Source: Terriglobia bacterium (GTDB lineage: Bacteria; Acidobacteriota; Terriglobia; 20CM-2-55-15). From it: a DNA stretch of 64,000 bases. Shown piece after piece: positions 31,663-42,527 of this stretch. A program made the position numbers and the translations under genes. The stretch covers positions 672,001-736,000 of the forward strand of contig CBDAOY010000006.1 in the NCBI GenBank assembly GCA_965198225.1. The letters run 5' to 3'. Numbering within the stretch: position 1 is the stretch's first letter; each line of letters begins with the position of its first letter. The notes beneath the pieces are model-generated. The model did not search any database, had not been told where the DNA came from, and saw nothing but the letters and a program-made list of their open reading frames with translations.

Positions 31663-32160
31663 GTTGCCTCCTTGATCGAGAACCTTGTAAGGATCTCCTA
31701 TCCAACCCCAAGTCCACTCTGACAGGTAGCTGATGCCCAAAACGATTGGCTCGGAATGGATCCGCTACTCCGTTCTTGGTCGGTGGCTATCGAGCAACTC
31801 CGGCACCAAAACGAGTCCTCGAGCACGAGGCAATGTTTTCAACGGGGTATGCGACCAAGGCCGAAGCTGGGAGGCCGCATCTCTTATCAAGTTGGTGGAC
31901 GGTTTCACCGAGCGCGAGGGTTTGTGGCGTTTGTGGATGCCTCCAGAGTCGAGCCGCTTCCACAATGTCCAAACGTGGATCTGCAATCAAGGTGAGTTCC
32001 TTATTAAGCGGTCCTGGGAGCTCTACCAAATTTCGGTGGAGTTCGATGGCCAGACTGGAAACTCGACGAGTTGCCATTCCAGCTTCGCATGATCTGGTCG
32101 CCCGATGTGGTGATTAAGTGATGCACCAGTGATACACTTCGGCCTGGATTGAGAATAACC

Positions 32161-32388
32161 ATGCCGACGACGAAAAAGCGCATCAACATTACGATCGACG
32201 ATGAAACCTATGCTGCGCTCGAGGAGCTCTCGAAGCGTCGATCCCGATCGATCTCCAGCGTCAGCCTCAGTTTGATCGAGCAGTCATTGGAACTCCAGGA
32301 AGACAGCCACTTCTCGCGAATCGCTGATGAGCGCCTCGCCGAAAAGGAGGAACGGATCCCTCACGAGAAGGCCTGGAGTGACCTATAG
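32161..32388 (+). CDS. ribbon-helix-helix antitoxin
   Basis: KKRINITID.ETY..L..LS RHH motif; overlaps the toxin gene. Confidence 0.82.
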   Translation: MPTTKKRINITIDDETYAALEELSKRRSRSISSVSLSLIEQSLELQEDSHFSRIADERLAEKEERIPHEKAWSDL

Positions 32389-32638
32389 AGTTGAGTATCT
32401 CGAGAGCGTCGTGCGGCAAGACATCCCCGGGCTGTCGAGAGCTGCCCGGGGGCGAATCAAGAGAGCCATCGAAGGGAAGCTCGCCACCCGCCCAGTCGAA
32501 TTCGGAAAGCCTTTCCGACACAGTCTGAAAGGTGCTCGGGCGCTCCGGGTTGGGGACTACCGTGTCATCTATCGCCTGGAACCCCCTTCGACCGTTGTGG
32601 TCCTGAAGATCGGGCACAGAAGAGACGTCTACCGTTGA
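32378..32638 (+). CDS. RelE/ParE-family toxin
   Basis: GTG start; YRVEY...GKP...LKG...LRVGDYRVIY...IGHRRDVY. Confidence 0.88.
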   Translation: MTYRVEYLESVVRQDIPGLSRAARGRIKRAIEGKLATRPVEFGKPFRHSLKGARALRVGDYRVIYRLEPPSTVVVLKIGHRRDVYR

Positions 32639-32752
32639 CATCACACTGAATCCTCGGCCGAAGGCGATTCATGGAAGTTCGAGATTCGAAATTCGAGATC
32701 TCACATCGGGCGGAACCTGTGCCCACTCGTTTGGGCACCGACGCTCATTCCT

Positions 32753-33106
32753 TCACACCGCGACAAACAGCAGGTAGGCGGCGACAACCGATCCGGCGAG
32801 AGCCCCGCCATAGGTGCCGACCACGATCACCTCGTTCAGATGCTTGATCTGTGCGCCGTCGTACAGCGTGTAGCGAAATCGGTGGGCCCAGTGAAATAGC
32901 GACAGAACGCAGAGGACGAGCAGGTAGAGACGCGTTACGGGAGATTGGAGCAGGCCGAGGAGGCTCTCATAGCTGGGAGGTTCGATCCAGCCCAGGGGAA
33001 AAGCCAGTCCGAAGAGGAACACGTGGACGGGTAGCAGGAAAGCGGCCGTGACTCCTCCCGCGCTGAATAGCGCCCAGAAGAAAGCAACGTATGATCTCTT
33101 CCCCAT
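32753..33106 (-). CDS. frdD: fumarate reductase subunit D
   Basis: FWALFSAGG...LLPV, LFHWAHR.RY.L.D. Confidence 0.85.
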   Translation of the reverse strand: MGKRSYVAFFWALFSAGGVTAAFLLPVHVFLFGLAFPLGWIEPPSYESLLGLLQSPVTRLYLLVLCVLSLFHWAHRFRYTLYDGAQIKHLNEVIVVGTYGGALAGSVVAAYLLFVAV

Positions 33107-33107
33107 T

Positions 33108-33524
33108 CTAGCCTCTCAGGATGAACCAGGCGACGACGCCCGAGATCACGAGCCAAGCCACGTAGTTTGGCGCGATGACCAGAAAGTCGGGAACACGTTT
33201 GCCGCCCAATCGAAGGACGATCGCGCGGGGCGTGAGGTTGAACCAGGTGATGGTGTGCAGGAGCAGAAAGAGAAATGTGACAACATTCAGAAGAACGACG
33301 ACGGGATGCGTCATGAACTCCTGAAACGCCGCGTACGCCGCGGGACCCTGGCCCAATGCTTGAACCTGCATCAGGGTAATCACGATGAAGGAGGCCACGA
33401 ACACGCTGCTCAGTTCCCGCAGGATGAACTTCGTGTAAGACCACTGTGAAAGCCACCAGTAAGTCGATACACGCGTGCGGTACCACTTCGGTCGAAACTC
33501 CCGGTATGCAGGGTTGCGCGTCAT
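33108..33524 (-). CDS. frdC: fumarate reductase subunit C
   Basis: Y.T.V...WW....[20 protein letters not shown]; ATG 33524 overlaps the frdB stop. Confidence 0.85.
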   Translation of the reverse strand: MTRNPAYREFRPKWYRTRVSTYWWLSQWSYTKFILRELSSVFVASFIVITLMQVQALGQGPAAYAAFQEFMTHPVVVLLNVVTFLFLLLHTITWFNLTPRAIVLRLGGKRVPDFLVIAPNYVAWLVISGVVAWFILRG

Positions 33525-34264
33525 TCCGCTCCCCGCGGCATGATGAAGGATTTGAACCAGTCCGTGGTCGCGGTCACCTTGTACTGTTGGATGGCTCCGG
33601 CCGGATCGACATTCTTCGGGCAAACCTTGGTGCACTCGCCGACGAAAGTGCAGCCCCAGACGCCTTCGTGGTCCGACAGCACTCCGAGGCGCTCCCGGGA
33701 GCCCTGGTCCCGTGAATCCATGTTGTAACGCTGAGCCAGGGCGATCGCAGCCGGCCCTGTGAAAGCCGAATCCAGTCCGTAGACCGGACAAGCCGCGTAG
33801 CACAGCATGCAGTTGATGCACATGCTGAACTGTTTGTATTGGTCCAGTTCCTCCGGGCTCTGCAGGTACTCTCCCTCCGAGAGAGGCTTTTCCTCTTCCC
33901 GGACGATCCACGGCTTGACGCTCTTGAGTTTTTCCATGAAATCCGTCATCTCGACTGTGAGATCGCGGACGATCGGGAAGTAACGCAGCGGCTCGATGCG
34001 GATAGGGCCTGGAGCGTAGTCGGAAACGAAGGTCGCACACGTCAGCTTGGGCTCCCCGTTTACCATCATGCCGCAACTGCCGCAGATTCCCATCCGACAG
34101 GACCATCGATACGACAGCGACCCGTCCACGTTGTCCTTGATGTAGTTGAGGGCGTCGAGGAGCACCCACTCATCGGTGAACGGCACCTCGTACTCTTGAA
34201 TCGTCGGTTCCGTTTCCTGCTCGGGCCGGTAACGTGTGACCTGAAGAACGACCTTCTCTGTCAT
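33521..34264 (-). CDS. frdB: fumarate reductase iron-sulfur subunit
   Basis: [23 protein letters not shown] and [13 protein letters not shown] clusters. Confidence 0.93.
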   Translation of the reverse strand: MTEKVVLQVTRYRPEQETEPTIQEYEVPFTDEWVLLDALNYIKDNVDGSLSYRWSCRMGICGSCGMMVNGEPKLTCATFVSDYAPGPIRIEPLRYFPIVRDLTVEMTDFMEKLKSVKPWIVREEEKPLSEGEYLQSPEELDQYKQFSMCINCMLCYAACPVYGLDSAFTGPAAIALAQRYNMDSRDQGSRERLGVLSDHEGVWGCTFVGECTKVCPKNVDPAGAIQQYKVTATTDWFKSFIMPRGAE

Positions 34265-34270
34265 GTGCGC

Positions 34271-36013
34271 CTACTTTCCATAGACTCGTTCCCCCGGCGG
34301 CCAACGCGTGATCGTGACCGGAAGGTACTCGATTCGGGAAGAGCCATCTTCATTGCGGTGTATGAGCGAATGCGCCAGGAAATTGTCGTCGTCCCGGCTC
34401 GGGAAATCGATCCTCTGATGAGCTCCACGGGATTCGGTCCGCTTCAAACCGCACTGCACGATCGAAGCGGCCACGTCGAGCATGTAAGCAAGCTCGAGTG
34501 CTGAAGTCAATTCGGTATTGAAGGTCCGGCTATCGTCTTCGATGAGGATGTTTCGGAATCGATCCTGGAGTTCGTGGATCTTCTCTGTAGATTTCTGGAG
34601 CGACTGGCCGTTTCTGTAAATGCCCGCACCCTCCTCCATGGTGGCCTGCATCTCGTTCCGTATCGTCGCGATTCGTTCGCTGCCGCCCGTCTTCCGCAGA
34701 TACTGCTCTTCCAGGCGCCGACGTTCGTCGTTGGCCTGAGCCATGACGTGATTCGATGGCTCCTGCTGATCCGACGCGAATAACGCGGCCGCTTTCCCGG
34801 CGCGAGCTCCGAAAACAAGCAGCTCGGGCAGGGAATTCGATCCGAGGCGATTCGCTCCATTGATGCTGACGCACGCGACCTCGCCGGCGGCGAACAAGCC
34901 CGCGATCGGCGTTGCCCCGTCGTTGTCCGTGTGAACGCCTCCCATGACGTAATGAACGACAGGTCGGACGGGAACCAACTCGCGGACGGGATCGATGTTC
35001 TGGTACTTGAGGCAGAGCTCCCGGACGAACGGGATTCTGGCGTTGACCTTCTTTTCTCCCAGATGCCGCAGATCGAGGTTCACGACGTGACCGTGCGGGC
35101 CTTCGATCGTGCGTCCCCTTTCCTGTTCCTTGACGAAAGCCTGGGACAGCCGGTCGCGGGGACCGAGTTCCATCGAGCGCAGCACGGGTTCGGATTCGGG
35201 TTTGCCCAGGTCGTAATCCTGCAGGTAACGGTATCCGTCCTTATTGACCAGGTATCCGCCCTCAGCCCTCGCGGCTTCCGTGATCAGGATTCCGGTGAAA
35301 GGAAGACCGGTCGGGTGGTATTGAACGAACTCCATGTCCTTCAAAGGCGCACCGGCCCAGAAGGCCAACGCCATTCCGTCGCCGTTCTTGATGTTGGCGT
35401 TCGTGGTGAACGGAAACACCTTGCCGCAGCCGCCCGTGCAGAGGATGACCGATTTCGCGGTGATCGCCTGGATTTTTCCGGACATGAGTTCCAGGGCCAC
35501 CACTCCCTGCACTCGCCCGTCGTCGACGAGCAATTTGGTGACGAACCACTCGTCATAGCGGACGATGGGATCGTACTTGAGCGATGTCTGGAACAGGGTG
35601 TGGAGCATGTGAAAGCCGGTCTTGTCCGCGGCGAACCACGTCCGCTTTTTCTTCATGCCGCCAAACGGTCGTACCGCAACGCGTCCGTCCGGGGTCCGGC
35701 TCCAGGGACAGCCCCAGTGCTCCATCTGAAGCAGCTCCTTGGGAGCCTCGTCGACAAACAGTTCGACCGCATCCTGGTCGCACAGCCAATCGCCTCCGGA
35801 AACAGTGTCGTAGGCGTGCTCGTCGAGGCTGTCGTCGGGGGCTACGGCGCCTGCGGCACCACCCTCGGCCGAGACCGTGTGGCTCCGCATCGGGTAGACT
35901 TTCGAGACTACGGCAACGCTGAGTTTGGGGTCGAATTCCGCCACAGCGATCGCCGCGCGGAGACCGGCACCGCCACCGCCAACCAGAAGAACATCGTGAG
36001 AAGAGACGTCCAC
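34271..36013 (-). CDS. frdA: fumarate reductase flavoprotein subunit
   Basis: [47 protein letters not shown]; GTG start estimated. Confidence 0.93.
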   Translation of the reverse strand: MDVSSHDVLLVGGGGAGLRAAIAVAEFDPKLSVAVVSKVYPMRSHTVSAEGGAAGAVAPDDSLDEHAYDTVSGGDWLCDQDAVELFVDEAPKELLQMEHWGCPWSRTPDGRVAVRPFGGMKKKRTWFAADKTGFHMLHTLFQTSLKYDPIVRYDEWFVTKLLVDDGRVQGVVALELMSGKIQAITAKSVILCTGGCGKVFPFTTNANIKNGDGMALAFWAGAPLKDMEFVQYHPTGLPFTGILITEAARAEGGYLVNKDGYRYLQDYDLGKPESEPVLRSMELGPRDRLSQAFVKEQERGRTIEGPHGHVVNLDLRHLGEKKVNARIPFVRELCLKYQNIDPVRELVPVRPVVHYVMGGVHTDNDGATPIAGLFAAGEVACVSINGANRLGSNSLPELLVFGARAGKAAALFASDQQEPSNHVMAQANDERRRLEEQYLRKTGGSERIATIRNEMQATMEEGAGIYRNGQSLQKSTEKIHELQDRFRNILIEDDSRTFNTELTSALELAYMLDVAASIVQCGLKRTESRGAHQRIDFPSRDDDNFLAHSLIHRNEDGSSRIEYLPVTITRWPPGERVYGK

Positions 36014-36133
36014 TACCACCCCGAAAAGTGCCTTTAGGCGAAGATTTCGACGAAAAGCCGTCGAGAATTTACACGTTGATGATCGCGCTGTCAAGGAGGC
36101 GCGAGACGGACCCCCCGGTTTGCGCAGGGCCTT

Positions 36134-36892
36134 TCATCCAGTCTCGGGGCGGGAGAGAATAGTCGCCACTACATGGTCGCGGTTCATCCGAGCGACCCAC
36201 TCGAGGGAGATCTCCTTCGGGCAGGCGGCCTCGCATTCGCCGGTGTTCGTGCAGGCTCCGAACATCTCGTCGTCCATCGCCGTTACCATGTTCAGCACGC
36301 GCTCGTGGCGTTCGGGCTGTCCCTGCGGCAACAGCCCGAGGTGGGCCACTTTCGCCGCGGTGAACAGCGTTGCCGAGGCATTGGGACAGGCCGCCACGCA
36401 GGCGCCGCAACCGATGCAGGACGCGGCGTCCATCGCCATCTCGGCCGTCTCTTTCGCAATCGGTATGGCGTTGGCTTCCGGAGCACTGCCCGTCGAAACC
36501 GAAATGTAGCCGCCGGCCTCGACGATCCTGTCCAACGTTCGACGATCGACCACCAGGTCTTTGATGATCGGGAAAGCGCGGGCCCGCCAGGGCTCGATCG
36601 TGATCGTGTCGCCGTCGGCGAACAGTCGCATGTGCAGCTGGCAGGTCGTCGTCGCGGGTGACGGCCCGTGTGGATGCCCGTTGATCACCACTCCACACGT
36701 CCCGCAGATTCCCTCCCGGCAGTCGTGGTCGAAAGCGATCGGATCCTCTCCCTTGAGGATCAGGTCCTCGTTGACGACATCCAGCATTTCCAGGAACGAC
36801 ATGTCCGGGCTGACGTCCGCGGCCCTGTAAGTCTGGAAGCGTCCACGATCCCGTGCGTCCTTTTGCCGCCACACACGGAGTGTGAGATTCAC
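36134..36892 (-). CDS. sdhB: succinate dehydrogenase/fumarate reductase iron-sulfur subunit (three-subunit type)
   Basis: [39 protein letters not shown]. Confidence 0.92.
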   Translation of the reverse strand: MNLTLRVWRQKDARDRGRFQTYRAADVSPDMSFLEMLDVVNEDLILKGEDPIAFDHDCREGICGTCGVVINGHPHGPSPATTTCQLHMRLFADGDTITIEPWRARAFPIIKDLVVDRRTLDRIVEAGGYISVSTGSAPEANAIPIAKETAEMAMDAASCIGCGACVAACPNASATLFTAAKVAHLGLLPQGQPERHERVLNMVTAMDDEMFGACTNTGECEAACPKEISLEWVARMNRDHVVATILSRPETG

Positions 36893-38805
36893 TACCTGTA
36901 GCTCCTTTGTGTCGGAGTGACGAATTCGAACATGAGGGGCTCCTTGTGCTGCATCGGAGTCACGTCCTCGCCCTGGTACTCCCAGGCTGCCACGTAGGAG
37001 AAGTCTTCGTCATCGCGCAGGGCTTCGCCGTCAGGAGTCTGGTGCTCGACCCGGAAATGGGAGCCGCACGACTCGTCTCGTTCCAGCGCATCCCGGCACA
37101 TCAGTTCGGCCAGTTCGAGGAAGTCGGCTACCCGGCCCGCTTTTTCCAGCGAAGGGTTCAGCTCTTCGTTGGTGCCGACAACCCGGACGTCCTCCCAGAA
37201 TTCCTGTCGCAGCGCCGGTATCTTATCGAGCGCGTCTCTCAGACTCTGTCTGTCGCGGGACATCCCGCAGGAATCCCACATGAGCTTCCCGAGTTTGCGA
37301 TGAAATTCGTCGACGGTCCGTTTCCCCTCGATCGCAAGCAGTTTCCGGGTCCGCTCTCCCACTCCGCGCTCCACGCGCTTGAACTCTTCGTGGTCCGGGG
37401 GCACCGAGTCTCGGGCGGAGCCCGCCAGGTAGTGGCCGATCGTGTAGGGAATGATGAAGTAGCCATCTGCCAGACCCTGCATCAGGGCGCTGGCCCCGAG
37501 CCTGTTGGCGCCATGATCCGAGAAGTTCGCCTCTCCGAGGACGAACAGACCGGGTATGGTGCTCATCAGGTTGTAGTCCACCCAGAGCCCGCCCATCACG
37601 TAGTGTACGGCCGGGAAGATGCGCATCGGCACCCGGTAGGGATCTTCGTCCGTGATGCGGCTGTACATGTCGAAGAGGTTTCCGTAGCGCTCGCGGATCG
37701 TCGTGTCGCCGAGGCGTTCGATCGCGGCCGCAAAGTCGAGATAGACTCCCAACCCGGTCGGGCCGACTCCGCGGCCCTCGTCGCAGATGGCTTTGGCGGC
37801 CCGGGAAGCGACATCACGCGGGACGAGGTTTCCAAAGCTCGGGTACCTGCGTTCCAGGTAGTAGTCGCGTTCGGCTTCGGGAATGTCCTTCGGGCGTCTC
37901 CGGTCCCCCTTCTCCTGCGGGACCCATATTCGGCCGTCATTGCGCAGCGACTCGCTCATCAGGGTCAGCTTCGACTGGTGCTCACCGGACACGGGAATGC
38001 AAGTTGGATGGATCTGGGTAAAGGACGGATTGGCCAGCGCGGCGCCGCGCTTGTAGGCACGCCAGATGGCTGGGGTATTGCATCCTTTCGCGTTCGTCGA
38101 GAGATAGTAGACGTTTCCGTACCCCCCCGTGCACAGGGCCACGGCGTCCGCAGCGTGGGATTGGATTTCACCGGTGACCATATCCCGGGTGACGATACCG
38201 CGGGCGTGGCCGTCGACGACGACGAGATCCAGCATCTCGGCTCGGGAGTTCATGACGACCCGACCGGCTGCAATCTGACGGGACAGGGCCTGGTAGGCGC
38301 CCAGCAGCAGCTGCTGACCCGTCTGGCCCCTGGCATAGAAGGTCCGGGAGACCTGCGCCCCTCCGAAAGAGCGGTTTGCCAGCACGCCGCCATACTCGCG
38401 CGCAAAGGGCACGCCCTGCGCGACGCACTGGTCGATGATGTTCCGGCTGATCTGAGCCAGGCGATAGACGTTTGCTTCACGCGATCTGTAATCCCCACCC
38501 TTGATTGTGTCGTAGAAAAGCCGAAATACGCTGTCACCGTCGTTCTGGTAATTCTTGGCGGCGTTGATACCCCCCTGAGCTGCGATGCTGTGGGCGCGAC
38601 GTGGACTGTCCTGATAGCAGAAACACTGGATGTTGTAGCCCAGTTCCGCCAGGGACGCAGCCGCCGAAGCTCCGGCCAGACCCGAGCCGACGACGATCAC
38701 GTTGTACTTTCGCTTGTTAGCGGGGTTGACCAGCTTCAGCCGTGATCGACGGCTGTCCCACTTTCTCTCGATCGGGCCGGACGGGGAGTTTGCACGAAGG
38801 TTCAT
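36892..38805 (-). CDS. sdhA: succinate dehydrogenase/fumarate reductase flavoprotein (three-subunit type)
   Basis: [34 protein letters not shown]. Confidence 0.93.
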   Translation of the reverse strand: MNLRANSPSGPIERKWDSRRSRLKLVNPANKRKYNVIVVGSGLAGASAAASLAELGYNIQCFCYQDSPRRAHSIAAQGGINAAKNYQNDGDSVFRLFYDTIKGGDYRSREANVYRLAQISRNIIDQCVAQGVPFAREYGGVLANRSFGGAQVSRTFYARGQTGQQLLLGAYQALSRQIAAGRVVMNSRAEMLDLVVVDGHARGIVTRDMVTGEIQSHAADAVALCTGGYGNVYYLSTNAKGCNTPAIWRAYKRGAALANPSFTQIHPTCIPVSGEHQSKLTLMSESLRNDGRIWVPQEKGDRRRPKDIPEAERDYYLERRYPSFGNLVPRDVASRAAKAICDEGRGVGPTGLGVYLDFAAAIERLGDTTIRERYGNLFDMYSRITDEDPYRVPMRIFPAVHYVMGGLWVDYNLMSTIPGLFVLGEANFSDHGANRLGASALMQGLADGYFIIPYTIGHYLAGSARDSVPPDHEEFKRVERGVGERTRKLLAIEGKRTVDEFHRKLGKLMWDSCGMSRDRQSLRDALDKIPALRQEFWEDVRVVGTNEELNPSLEKAGRVADFLELAELMCRDALERDESCGSHFRVEHQTPDGEALRDDEDFSYVAAWEYQGEDVTPMQHKEPLMFEFVTPTQRSYR

Positions 38806-39471
38806 TTAGCTGACGACTCCCATCAGTACGGCTAGAGGGATTGAAACGTAGCCCGCGACGATCAGGGAGCTGAGGATCAAGGCGCTGCGCTGAATCATTA
38901 GCTCATACTTCGGGTGATTCAGACCGACAGACTGGAACATGCTCCAGACGCCGTGCGCGATGTGGAGCCCCAGGCTCGAGACCGCCACGATGTAGAACAG
39001 TGCGACGGGCCATTGCTGGAATCCGCTCACGACGTTCGCGTACACGGCTTCGGCACGGAAATCCGGTTGCGACGGATGGACGGTTCCCAACGTCAAGTGC
39101 AGCAGGTGGTATATGACGAACAGACCGATTATCGGTCCGCTCCAGACCATCGTGCGGGAAGCGTAGCTGGCCTCCTCGTACTTGTGGAGTCGGTAGCCGA
39201 TCGGCCGCGCAGAGCGATTCCGAATAGCCAACTGCGTCGCAGCAAAGATATGCAGACCGAGGGCCGCGAGCAAGATGACTCGGGTGGTCCAGAGCACTTC
39301 CGGCTTTTCCTTCAGGAATCTGGCGTAGGAGTCCAGCACTTCCGGACCCGCGAATATCTGGAGGTTCCCGATGAGATGGCCGATGATGAACCCGAAAAGG
39401 ATCACGCCGGACACGGCCATGACGATCTTCTTGCCGACCGACGAGCTGTAAGGGCGCAGCATCCAGTGCAT
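38806..39471 (-). CDS. sdhC: succinate dehydrogenase cytochrome b subunit
   Basis: SSVGKKIVMAVSG...HLIGNL; five TM helices with conserved His residues. Confidence 0.9.
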   Translation of the reverse strand: MHWMLRPYSSSVGKKIVMAVSGVILFGFIIGHLIGNLQIFAGPEVLDSYARFLKEKPEVLWTTRVILLAALGLHIFAATQLAIRNRSARPIGYRLHKYEEASYASRTMVWSGPIIGLFVIYHLLHLTLGTVHPSQPDFRAEAVYANVVSGFQQWPVALFYIVAVSSLGLHIAHGVWSMFQSVGLNHPKYELMIQRSALILSSLIVAGYVSIPLAVLMGVVS

Positions 39472-39476
39472 CGTGC

Positions 39477-39977
39477 CTATTCCAGGAAGGAGGGCGATGT
39501 GTCTTCGGCGGTGGGTTCGAGATCGTGCTCCACAATGGTCCGAGCGCACGCATTCCAGCGCAGCACGGCGTCGTCGTTACCCGACGGCCGAATCTGTTCG
39601 GACTTCTCATACCAGTCCATGGCCTGTCGAAGCCAGTCGTAAGCGACGTAACCGGACCCTTCCGAGCCCTGCTTCAGGTGAGCCCTGCCGCGCCTCTCAT
39701 AGATGATGCCCGTGTAGTAGGTCCTCTGGTAGGGGTCTTGAAGCCGGGGCAGCAACTCTCGAGCCCGAGTGTAGGTGGCTCGTTCCATGTGCGTGAACTC
39801 ATCCGTAAGCGCGAGGATGAGTACGACGATCGCTTCCTGGTCGTCGGGATCGATACGCAGAATGTCGAGGCAGATACTCTCCGCCTGCTCGGGCTCGTTC
39901 AGGAGTCGGTAGTTCTTCGCGCGTTCGAGTGCGCGGGGAATGGTCTCGGAGGAGAGCGGCTTGAATTGGAACTCCAT
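39477..39977 (-). CDS. conserved hypothetical TPR-like protein
   Basis: ALERA..YRLLNEP..AESIC.DIL...DDAVLRWNAC; start at ATG 39977. Confidence 0.7.
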   Translation of the reverse strand: MEFQFKPLSSETIPRALERAKNYRLLNEPEQAESICLDILRIDPDDQEAIVVLILALTDEFTHMERATYTRARELLPRLQDPYQRTYYTGIIYERRGRAHLKQGSEGSGYVAYDWLRQAMDWYEKSEQIRPSGNDDAVLRWNACARTIVEHDLEPTAEDTSPSFLE

Positions 39978-40079
39978 GATCTCTGCCAACACGCATTTCA
40001 CACGCGGCGCGTGGGGTTTGTCAACAAACCATGTGAGGGGGGCGCTGTAAGGCGCTGTCCCAACAGTAATCCCCCCGGA

Positions 40080-40275
40080 TTTGCAAATTGAGATGACAAA
40101 TCGAGCAATTTCGAATCTCCAGCTTCCCGTATTTGAACAATCCACATTGCCAGTTGCTCATTGGAAATTGGTTCATTTCAGATCTTTCCTGCTCGAAGCC
40201 CGGACCGATGACAAATCGAGCAATTTCGAATCTCCAGCTTCCCGATGCGGATTTGTCCACTAACCAATTTGCGAT
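40080..40275. repeat. AT-rich hairpin/MITE-like repeat, family A copy 2 (reverse, with internal 38-bp duplication)
   Basis: Reverse-complement similarity to 517-674; GATGACAAATCGAGCAATTTCGAATCTCCAGCTTCCCG at 40092 and 40207. Confidence 0.75.
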
Positions 40276-40391
40276 ACATTCATCTTGCTCTCCCCTCTTA
40301 CTTGTCACTCGTCACTTGTCACCTCTTTCTAGCTGGCCACTGACAACTGACCAGTTCTCTATTACTATTTACTGCTTCCGGGCACACGCGT

Positions 40392-42359
40392 ATGAACAAG
40401 CTGCGAATCGGTATCGACACGGGCGGAACCTTTACGGACTTCGTCCTCATCCGTGACGGACGGATCGAGATCTTCAAAGAGCTGTCCACGCCGGAGCATC
40501 CCGATCGGGCCATCCTGACCGGTGTCGAGCGCGCGGACGCCACGACGCTTGGCGAGATCATCCATGGATCGACGGTGGCGACCAACGCGCTGCTCGAGCG
40601 GAAGGGCGCCCGCACCGCCCTGGTGACGACCGCCGGTTTTGAAGACGTTCTCGTCATCGGTCGGCAGACCCGTCGGGAACTCTACGATATCTTCACGACC
40701 CGGCCCGAACCCCTGGTTGACAACGACCTGCGAATCGGTGTGGGAGAACGCACGCTGCATGACGGATCGATCGAGAAAGCTCTCGATCCCCGGGAGTTGG
40801 AGAAGCTTTGTGGATTTCTGCGCTCGGCAGGCGTGGAGTCGATCGCCGTGTCGCTGCTCTACTCCTTCGCGAACCCGCAACACGAGAAGCAGATCGGCGC
40901 CGTGCTCGGGAGCCTCGGCGTACCCCTCTCGCTCTCGTCTGAAATCCTGCCGGAGTACCGGGAATACGAGAGGACTTCGACGACTTCCATCAATGCCTAT
41001 CTGGCGCCGGTGATGAGCCGGTACCTCGGTCGTCTGGAGTCCAGCCTTTCCGTTCCGCTGCGCGTAATGCAGTCCAACGGGGGTGCCGTGAAGGCGCGCA
41101 CGTCGATGGCCGCACCCGTTAAAACCATACTGTCGGGACCGGCCGGCGGCGTGGTCGGCGCTTTCCTTCTCGCCCAGGAGAGCGGCTATCCCAGGATCGT
41201 CACGTTCGACATGGGAGGAACGTCGACCGACGTGGCCCTCTGTGACGGCGAAGTCCGCGTGACGCACGAGAGCCAAGTCGACGGCTTGCCCATCGGGATT
41301 CCCATGATGGACATCCACACGGTCGGCGCGGGAGGTGGTTCCATCGCCGAGGTCGACGCCGGAGGCGCGCTGCGCGTCGGGCCGGAAAGCGCAGGCGCAG
41401 ATCCCGGCCCGATCTGCTACGGGACGGGCGACGCCCTGACGGTCACCGATGCCAACGTGATCCTCGGACGTCTGTTGCCCAGGTTCTTTCTGGGTGGAAC
41501 GATGGCTCTTCGAGCAGAGCGGGTACCAGAGGCTGTCGGACGCCTGGGCTGGGCAAGCGCATGGCGAAGTGGGGAGGATCTGGCCCAGGGTGTCATCGAT
41601 GTCGTCAACAACAACATGGAACAAGCCATCCGGCTGATTTCCGTGGAGCGGGGACACGATCCTCGAGATTTCACGCTCATGTGCTTCGGAGGCGCCGGAG
41701 CGCTGCATGCGGCAACGCTGGCCCGGGGACTCGGAATTCCGCGTATTGTCGTGCCCCCCCATCCCGGCGCCCTTTCGGCTCTCGGACTGCTGCTGGCCGA
41801 CGCGAGGAAGGACTATTCCCAGACGCTGCTTGGAACGGCGACTCTCTCCCAGTCGAAGATCAAGAAGAGTCTCCGAGAATTGCATCGTGTCGGTATCGCC
41901 GAGTTGCGGGCGGAAGGGTTTAAGCGGGGGGACATCACGATCGTAGACGCCGTGGATGTCCGCTACCGGGGGCAGTCTTACGAACTGACCATACCCTTGT
42001 CGAAGGAATGGCGGGCAGGGTTCCATCAGATGCACGAACGGCGTTATGGGTACGCCAACCCGGACAGCCCCGTCGAAGTCGTCAGCGCGCGGACGACCCT
42101 GTTCGGGAGAACGGACAAGCCGGCGATCCAGAAGGCAAAACGCAAGGCACGCAAGGTGAAGCCCGTCGAAGTTCGACGCGTCTGGTTTGGCGACGGCTGG
42201 GCGAAGACAGGCGTGTATGACAGAGGGTTCCTGCGCTACGGCCACGTCGTTCCGGGCCCGGCAATCGTCGGAGAATACAGTTCGACCACCCTCGTACCGC
42301 CGGACTACCGGTGTGAGGTGGATCGGTTTGGAAACCTGGTGCTGACGAGGAAGAAGTGA
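40392..42359 (+). CDS. hydantoinase/oxoprolinase A subunit
   Basis: IGIDTGGTFTD, HGSTVATNALLE, SGPAGG, DMGGTSTD, GAGGGSIA. Confidence 0.92.
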   Translation: MNKLRIGIDTGGTFTDFVLIRDGRIEIFKELSTPEHPDRAILTGVERADATTLGEIIHGSTVATNALLERKGARTALVTTAGFEDVLVIGRQTRRELYDIFTTRPEPLVDNDLRIGVGERTLHDGSIEKALDPRELEKLCGFLRSAGVESIAVSLLYSFANPQHEKQIGAVLGSLGVPLSLSSEILPEYREYERTSTTSINAYLAPVMSRYLGRLESSLSVPLRVMQSNGGAVKARTSMAAPVKTILSGPAGGVVGAFLLAQESGYPRIVTFDMGGTSTDVALCDGEVRVTHESQVDGLPIGIPMMDIHTVGAGGGSIAEVDAGGALRVGPESAGADPGPICYGTGDALTVTDANVILGRLLPRFFLGGTMALRAERVPEAVGRLGWASAWRSGEDLAQGVIDVVNNNMEQAIRLISVERGHDPRDFTLMCFGGAGALHAATLARGLGIPRIVVPPHPGALSALGLLLADARKDYSQTLLGTATLSQSKIKKSLRELHRVGIAELRAEGFKRGDITIVDAVDVRYRGQSYELTIPLSKEWRAGFHQMHERRYGYANPDSPVEVVSARTTLFGRTDKPAIQKAKRKARKVKPVEVRRVWFGDGWAKTGVYDRGFLRYGHVVPGPAIVGEYSSTTLVPPDYRCEVDRFGNLVLTRKK

Positions 42360-42391
42360 TCTAGATGCGGTCTATGACGTGTCCAAACAGA

Positions 42392-42417
42392 GGTGTAGGT
42401 GCGGTCTATGACCGCAC
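42392..42417 (+). repeat. single GTAG-type REP unit
   Basis: GGTGTAGGTGCGGTCTATGACCGCAC; degenerate partial copy at 42362-42378. Confidence 0.7.
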
Positions 42418-42527
42418 ATTCTTCGAACAGAAAAAACGTTTCTGCTTAGTCAACACCCGGGGACAGGGCCAGGCCCCTGTCCCCCTCACAGTGGCTCTCT
42501 CGCGGGCCGTTTCGGGAAACTAAAGCC

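Noticed and set aside
31733-32117. Overlapping short ORFs between the peptide gene and the antitoxin
   Set aside because: No recognisable motif or clear RBS in any frame; cannot choose a real gene.
36907-38745. Long antisense ORFs (612 aa here; also 40365-42245, 52473-53990, 60896-61864, 63204-63701)
   Set aside because: They lie opposite well-supported genes and have no motifs; expected shadow ORFs in high-GC DNA.
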